From: an uncultured virus (IMG/VR IMGVR_UViG_3300031974_001636)
Taxonomy: Duplodnaviria > Heunggongvirae > Uroviricota > Caudoviricetes > Kyanoviridae
Direction: 5' to 3' (one strand)
Virus record (IMG/VR): IMGVR_UViG_3300031974_001636
DNA: 20,000 nt
The position numbers and the translations under genes were made by a program. Positions 15,524 to 20,000 of this stretch are shown piece after piece; position 1 is the first letter of the stretch, and each line of letters opens with the position of its first letter. The notes under the pieces are model-generated. The model saw nothing but the letters and a program-made list of their open reading frames with translations, was not told the origin of the DNA and made no database searches.

Positions 15524-15552
15524 ATCATAGCACAGATCCGTCAGTTAAGCAA
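15524..15552 (-). promoter_or_regulatory. sigma70-type promoter
   Basis: TTGCTT (15547-15552, within the gp5 3' end), 17 nt ending GTGC, TATGAT (15524-15529); followed by a GGGGG-TTCA-CCCCC hairpin (15508-15521). Confidence 0.7.
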
Positions 15553-18045
15553 GATGGTGGCAGCAGTGACTTTTACGTTTGCCGTGGCGGTGATGTTGAT
15601 CGCGGCACCAGCAACGATGCTAGCAGCACCAGCAGCGGCGTTCAGGGTGATAGCACCCGTGGCAACGTTAGCAGCAAAGGCACCAGCAGCAACAGTGAAC
15701 AGAGCACCACCAGCAGCACAGTTGACCAGGAAAGGACCAGGGGTGTTGATAGAGAATCTGGGGATAGGATCTGCGGAAGGTGCAGGGAACAGAACGTAAT
15801 CAACAGGACCACCAACAGTGTTAAAGATACCAGTCTTACCCTTAGGAATAACACCATCAAGAGTGTTGATGAAGTGATACTCTGCGGGTGCAGTCATCGT
15901 GATTGAGTTACCTGCGGACAACTTAATCTCAGCTGCAGAGATCTCATAACCCTGGCAATCAATCTTAGTGTTACCCTGAGGAGCAATAACCTCAGCGTTT
16001 GTACCACCTTTACCACAAACAGTGTTACCAATCGCCTGAGTTTGCAGATGACCTTTACAATCAATAGCAGTATCTGAAGCGAAGTTAATAGTATTTTTCT
16101 GAGTCTTGGTTTCACCTTCTCCAGGTGCGCCAGACACATCAATAAACATACCGCCACCAACTTCCAGGTGGAAGTCTCCAGTAACTTTCAGGCGGTAGTC
16201 ACCATCAATAGTGATGATGTTGTCCTTTGCAATAGACTCACACTTAGACTGTTTGTACTCAGCAGAATAGTTACCAGGACAATCAACGTGAGTACCAACC
16301 AGAGGATCACTACTACCTTTAGAGTCTGGGTTTAACTTTTTAGCAGTCTCAGCAGATTCGGTAGCAGATTGACCTGCCTTAACTCTTGCAACGTGTTCTG
16401 TAAATTCTTTGTTGTCTACCCTAGCATCGGTAACTGTATAACCAGAAGCATATCTAGTGATTGAACCTTGCCTACCAGGAGTGCTCAGTTGCAGATTATA
16501 TGCACCGTTGATAAAACTTTGAGCAGAGTTTAGGTAAGCGTTAGCATCGTTAAAGATAGCATCAACGATAGTGCCTCCACCACCCGATCCTCCACATGGA
16601 GGGTATGCATTACCTAGTTTACTCTTCAGTCCATCTAGGTCAGACTTACTACAACCTGTGACTCCTAAGAATGGATAGAATTGTTTACTAGTTGACGCTC
16701 GTCCTCCAGGTTTTCTATTACATCCACCAAAGTCAAACAGTGAGAAGATGATACTGATCAACTGAGAGATAGACTGCAGGTTGATTTTGCTAATATCAGT
16801 CTTACCAGTAAAGATGTCCTTACCGTTCTCAAATACTTCTTTCAGGGTGTCAAAACCCTCGGCAACAGCAGTTGCTGACTTAACCAGTTGAAGGATCTGA
16901 CCTACAAAACCAAGACCACTTTGAATAGAACAGGTGATCTGGTTAATAATATCTTGAACACCAGCGGTTGCAGCAGTAGCAGCATCCATTGCCTGATTAA
17001 GGAGTTGCTCCGCCATGGAAGTAACGACACCCATGGGGTCAGCAACCATCTGTTTGATCAAATCATCCAGACCACAAATCTGGTTGAGCAGCGTCTGAAT
17101 AATTGTCTGAACAATTTGAAGAACAACAAAAGGAATACCAGTAAATTTAGAGATGATGCCTGCCATTGACAGACCTTCACCTGCAATCACGGTAAGTTGT
17201 TCCTTAAATGCAGAGACAACTTGTGCCATGACTGCTGTAAGGAATCCTTGGATCTTTTGTGTCAGGTCATCTACCTTGGCAATTTTGTTCTCAAACACAT
17301 CAATAAACTCACCCTGTTCATTCTTAACAACAGAGGATGCAGTTGAGATGAGATCTTCTACAAGTTGCCTTAACTTAATCTCTAGAGTCTTCCATGGACC
17401 ACCAACACCAGACGCAGCAGGAACACCATTCTCTCTAACAGTTGGTTTAGTGGTGTTACTACTAGTTGCGGGTGCTCTGTTACCCAGGGCAGCAGGTGCC
17501 TGGTTGTTAGTAACTGTGGCGTCAGTTTCGCCAGGAGTTTTTACAGTGTTACTACCAGTGTTGGGTTTAGTCTTCTCCGACTGTTGAGATGTTGCACCAA
17601 CCTCTTTATTAGTTGGGTTGATATCCTGTCTGTTCGGTGCATTAGTGAACAGGAAAGAACTTTGCTTAGAATCTAACTTACCAGACTGAGCATTGCTGAT
17701 TCTCAAAACACCCATAACAATGGGCAGTTGTGCTTCTTCACCGTCAAGGAAAAATCCCATGACAATAGCACCAGGACGCAGTTGGTGAGAAGATTTACCA
17801 ACACCGTCAATACCTGCCTGGTCAGTAGGTTGCAATACAGTTGCCCATGGCAAGTCTTTAGTTTCAAGATCCTTACGGAAACCTGCCTGAGGACCAGTGT
17901 AGAAACCCAGGACTCTACACTTTACCCTACCAATCTTCTGAGGATCTTCACTATCCTCAACCTCACCTACCCACCAGATAAATCCATCTTTACCTACAAA
18001 ATCTGTAGAAGATTCACCTACGATATTATCAACGTATGCTGCCAT
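15541..18045 (-). CDS. gp5: gp5-like baseplate hub / central spike protein, 834 aa
   Basis: N-terminal gp5 OB-fold (DGFIWWVGEVEDSEDPQKIGRVKCRVLG, LPWA, VMGFFLDGEEAQLPIVMG); C-terminal beta-helix repeats (ITIDGDYRLKVTGDFHLEVGG; Ala-rich tip). Confidence 0.88.
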   Translation of the reverse strand: MAAYVDNIVGESSTDFVGKDGFIWWVGEVEDSEDPQKIGRVKCRVLGFYTGPQAGFRKDLETKDLPWATVLQPTDQAGIDGVGKSSHQLRPGAIVMGFFLDGEEAQLPIVMGVLRISNAQSGKLDSKQSSFLFTNAPNRQDINPTNKEVGATSQQSEKTKPNTGSNTVKTPGETDATVTNNQAPAALGNRAPATSSNTTKPTVRENGVPAASGVGGPWKTLEIKLRQLVEDLISTASSVVKNEQGEFIDVFENKIAKVDDLTQKIQGFLTAVMAQVVSAFKEQLTVIAGEGLSMAGIISKFTGIPFVVLQIVQTIIQTLLNQICGLDDLIKQMVADPMGVVTSMAEQLLNQAMDAATAATAGVQDIINQITCSIQSGLGFVGQILQLVKSATAVAEGFDTLKEVFENGKDIFTGKTDISKINLQSISQLISIIFSLFDFGGCNRKPGGRASTSKQFYPFLGVTGCSKSDLDGLKSKLGNAYPPCGGSGGGGTIVDAIFNDANAYLNSAQSFINGAYNLQLSTPGRQGSITRYASGYTVTDARVDNKEFTEHVARVKAGQSATESAETAKKLNPDSKGSSDPLVGTHVDCPGNYSAEYKQSKCESIAKDNIITIDGDYRLKVTGDFHLEVGGGMFIDVSGAPGEGETKTQKNTINFASDTAIDCKGHLQTQAIGNTVCGKGGTNAEVIAPQGNTKIDCQGYEISAAEIKLSAGNSITMTAPAEYHFINTLDGVIPKGKTGIFNTVGGPVDYVLFPAPSADPIPRFSINTPGPFLVNCAAGGALFTVAAGAFAANVATGAITLNAAAGAASIVAGAAINITATANVKVTAATILLN

Positions 18046-18066
18046 TTTTAATCGGACTGGGTGATA

Positions 18067-18618
18067 TTATTTAGCGATAAATTCAAACGATACAACCACA
18101 CGGTCATCGCCTTCCATCTGAGGAAAGAAGTGAGTCAAGTTAGATGGGAACAAAACAAGTTGACCCTCTTTCACGGGTGGAATAAAGTTAGCAGTGTTCC
18201 ACATCGTAGGGCGATTCTCTTCCAAATCAATACTAGGAACCAAAGTATTGCGGAAAGGATTCTCAATGACAAGGGGAGTATGACCTACCTGCTCATCAAA
18301 CTTCACCATGTAATATCCAGTGATGTAAGTACCACGATGAGTATGTGCAGGAATTTGAGTGCCTGTTTGTGACACTTGTACTTCAGTGAACATAGTCAGT
18401 TCAGCATTGTACCCAAGGACTTCGGTAATGAAGAAGTTTGCACGTTCTTCTACCCAGTTATAGAAACCACCACAGTCGGGCACTTGACCTTTAAGAACAA
18501 ATACATCACCCTCTCTTTGTACGTCATCCCACGACGCTTCTAGATTAGAAACTAGATGATCTTTAATTTCAAACTCATCTACTAGTACGGGATATGAGAA
18601 GGAAGGAATAATTTGCAT
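18067..18618 (-). CDS. putative 2OG-Fe(II) oxygenase (TIGR02466-like), 183 aa
   Basis: HxH (HTH), ITGYY, EGQLVLFPS.L.H, DRVVVSF. Confidence 0.82.
   Translation of the reverse strand: MQIIPSFSYPVLVDEFEIKDHLVSNLEASWDDVQREGDVFVLKGQVPDCGGFYNWVEERANFFITEVLGYNAELTMFTEVQVSQTGTQIPAHTHRGTYITGYYMVKFDEQVGHTPLVIENPFRNTLVPSIDLEENRPTMWNTANFIPPVKEGQLVLFPSNLTHFFPQMEGDDRVVVSFEFIAK
18068..18074 (-). promoter_or_regulatory. late promoter-like motif for gp5
   Basis: CTAAATA, 23 nt upstream of the gp5 ATG. Confidence 0.5.
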
Positions 18619-18635
18619 GATGATATATTATCAAG

Positions 18636-18707
18636 TGGGTGATGAGGGATTTGAACCCCCGACTGCCTCGGTGTAAACGAGGAACTCTACCGCTGAGTTA
18701 ATCACCC
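18636..18707 (-). tRNA. trnV: tRNA-Val (TAC)
   Basis: GGGTGAT/ATCACCC acceptor stem, D-arm CTCAGCGGTAGAG, anticodon arm CCTCG-TTTACAC-CGAGG, T-loop GTTCAAATC; CCA not encoded. Confidence 0.95.
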
Positions 18708-18710
18708 TCA

Positions 18711-18782
18711 CTCCTCCGCTTGGATTTGAACCAAGGACATTCCGATTAACAGTCGGATGTTCTGCCGCTGAACTACAGAGGA
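18711..18782 (-). tRNA. trnN: tRNA-Asn (GTT)
   Basis: TCCTCTG/CGGAGGA acceptor stem, G discriminator, anticodon arm TCCGA-CTGTTAA-TCGGA, T-loop GTTCAAATC; CCA not encoded. Confidence 0.95.
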
Positions 18783-18786
18783 TTGT

Positions 18787-18819
18787 AAAAGTTGGTCTTA
18801 GAGGTGTCTCTGACCAACT
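18787..18819 (-). terminator. stem-loop with short U-tail in the tRNA leader (terminator or processing signal)
   Basis: AGTTGGTC-AGAG-ACAC-CTCT-AA-GACCAACT followed by TTT. Confidence 0.45.
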
Positions 18820-18828
18820 GACATTGTG

Positions 18829-18857
18829 ATTATAGCACTATGTATGAGGTTTGTCAA
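18829..18857 (-). promoter_or_regulatory. consensus sigma70 promoter for the tRNA pair
   Basis: TTGACA (18852-18857, overlapping the cp12 stop), 17 nt ending GTGC, TATAAT (18829-18834). Confidence 0.88.
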
Positions 18858-19081
18858 TCGTCATAGACGAGACATTCTGGTTCCGAAGGATTCTGATCGC
18901 AATACAACTCAAGAGGTGTGGGATCGTGATGATCTCCCGCTTCAATCTCTTCTCTGTGATGCTCTACATATTCTTCCAAATCATGAAGTTCTCCCTCAAT
19001 GTGACGGCGACGTTGAGGTGAGATTTGCGGATCTTGGAGTTCTTCCTTGTCCGCCTCAATGTGCTTTTCAATAGATTCCAT
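18854..19081 (-). CDS. cp12: CP12 Calvin-cycle regulatory protein (phage auxiliary metabolic gene), 75 aa
   Basis: C-terminal DPTPLELYCDQNPSEPECLVYDD CP12 signature with Cys pair; AGAGGA RBS. Confidence 0.93.
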   Translation of the reverse strand: MESIEKHIEADKEELQDPQISPQRRRHIEGELHDLEEYVEHHREEIEAGDHHDPTPLELYCDQNPSEPECLVYDD

Positions 19082-19108
19082 TTTCCTCTGTGGAATTGAT
19101 TGTTTGTA

Positions 19109-20000
19109 TTATTTAGGTGCCACCTTGATACTGTCTCTCAATAGGTGCAGAGTTGTTTGCATTTGAGAAACTTTGTAGACGTGAGTAACACCACCAATAA
19201 GATAGGTGCCAGAATATACTTTGTCAAGTTCTACCTTCTTACCTTTTGCCTGCATTCGTGGAATTTCTACCTTTACACCCTCACCAGCGTTCAGTCCTAA
19301 GTTACCAGGAACTTCAATTTGCAGTTGAATAGTTTCAAGTGCCTTCTTTCTAAGATAGTTATATGCAGCAGTGTCCAAATAGTAGTTAAGGTTCTTAGAC
19401 TTCTTATTAGTAGATCCATCTTTAGATGGTGTATCCCACAAGTGAGTAGGCAACACCCTATAATGAACACGCTTAGGATTGTTAATCATCTTTGAGACGA
19501 TTGGATCCTTTGTGTCTAAGGGAATCTTCCCACCTTTCTCTAGAAGCGAAAACTCTTTGTAGTACGTTTCAATGTTATAATATGCAGTTTCTGCAGTCAC
19601 CTTTTTATTCTTGGTTGGCAACACGGATTCTCCCAGAGTGCTAGGATCCAGACCAATAATATATCCAGACCATGTACCTTGACGGAGATTTTCTAAACTG
19701 TTGTACGACTTTGGAAATGTAAGTCTGTTAATGAGATACTGGTTTCTACCAGGGTCATCCGATACTGCCTTTTGACCATACACATAGGTAGGTTTATCTT
19801 GGGCAACTGCATTCTCAACCAACTTGTCTAGGGTTTTGAAATGATACCCCTTGGCGTTTTCATAGAAAACATATGCACCCTGCGCTTTATCTGCCTTAGA
19901 ACCAGTTCTAGTTGCCTTAGATGCTACGAAGTTGATGGCATCAAACGGTCTCCAGTTAGGAGCAGTAAATCTCATTTTGTTTGCTGCCTCAACATCAAAC
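19109..20000 (-). CDS. baseplate hub protein (gp27/GpD-like), partial, continues beyond the window
   Basis: Frame is open to the window end (FDVEAANKMRF...); YVFYEN.KGYHF and C-terminal IEVPGN.GLNAG..V...YSGTYLI..VTH motifs; lies upstream of gp5. Confidence 0.65.
   Translation of the reverse strand, partial: FDVEAANKMRFTAPNWRPFDAINFVASKATRTGSKADKAQGAYVFYENAKGYHFKTLDKLVENAVAQDKPTYVYGQKAVSDDPGRNQYLINRLTFPKSYNSLENLRQGTWSGYIIGLDPSTLGESVLPTKNKKVTAETAYYNIETYYKEFSLLEKGGKIPLDTKDPIVSKMINNPKRVHYRVLPTHLWDTPSKDGSTNKKSKNLNYYLDTAAYNYLRKKALETIQLQIEVPGNLGLNAGEGVKVEIPRMQAKGKKVELDKVYSGTYLIGGVTHVYKVSQMQTTLHLLRDSIKVAPK
19110..19116 (-). promoter_or_regulatory. late promoter-like motif upstream of cp12
   Basis: CTAAATA, 29 nt upstream of the cp12 ATG. 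Confidence 0.4.

Noticed and set aside
681..16160. Alternative-frame minus-strand ORFs nested in larger genes (681-920, 2053-2250, 2562-2852, 3306-3638, 3781-3969, 4530-4730, 6742-7050, 7312-7494, 7768-8034, 8347-8553, 15642-15860, 15894-16160)
   Set aside because: Largely or fully overlap better-supported ORFs, with composition typical of off-frame translation
18811..18820. CAGTTGGTCA shared between the tRNA leader hairpin and the promoter palindrome at 1200-1223
   Set aside because: A single 10-nt match is expected by chance in 20 kb, and the contexts differ
366..19074. All plus-strand ORFs in the track (e.g. 366-692, 1700-2020, 7529-8038, 15499-15906, 17153-17587)
   Set aside because: Antisense shadows of well-supported minus-strand genes; no recognisable motifs, RBS or promoters

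Overview
Segment of a T4-like cyanophage (cyanomyovirus, probably infecting phycoerythrin-containing marine picocyanobacteria); every credible gene is on the minus strand. In transcription order (right to left): a partial gp27/GpD-like baseplate hub; cp12; a sigma70-driven tRNA-Asn(GTT)/tRNA-Val(TAC) pair; a 2OG-Fe(II) oxygenase; a gp5-like hub/spike; an accessory block (Phd/YefM-like protein, cpeT, two 2OG-Fe(II) oxygenases, small hypotheticals); four virion/tail-fibre genes; then an early-type region with repeated promoter cassettes (22-24 bp palindrome, -35, GTGC-extended -10, AGTCAA leader). The most intriguing part is 1178-3686: an SF2 helicase coupled to a PD-(D/E)XK-like nuclease, then a GC-rich ~160 bp non-coding element with tandem repeats and a foldable multibranch structure, then a free-standing PD-(D/E)XK homing-type endonuclease. 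Also notable are a HicA-like gene and several very acidic or basic small ORFs missed by the ORF track. All assignments come from motif recognition by eye; no database searches were run.
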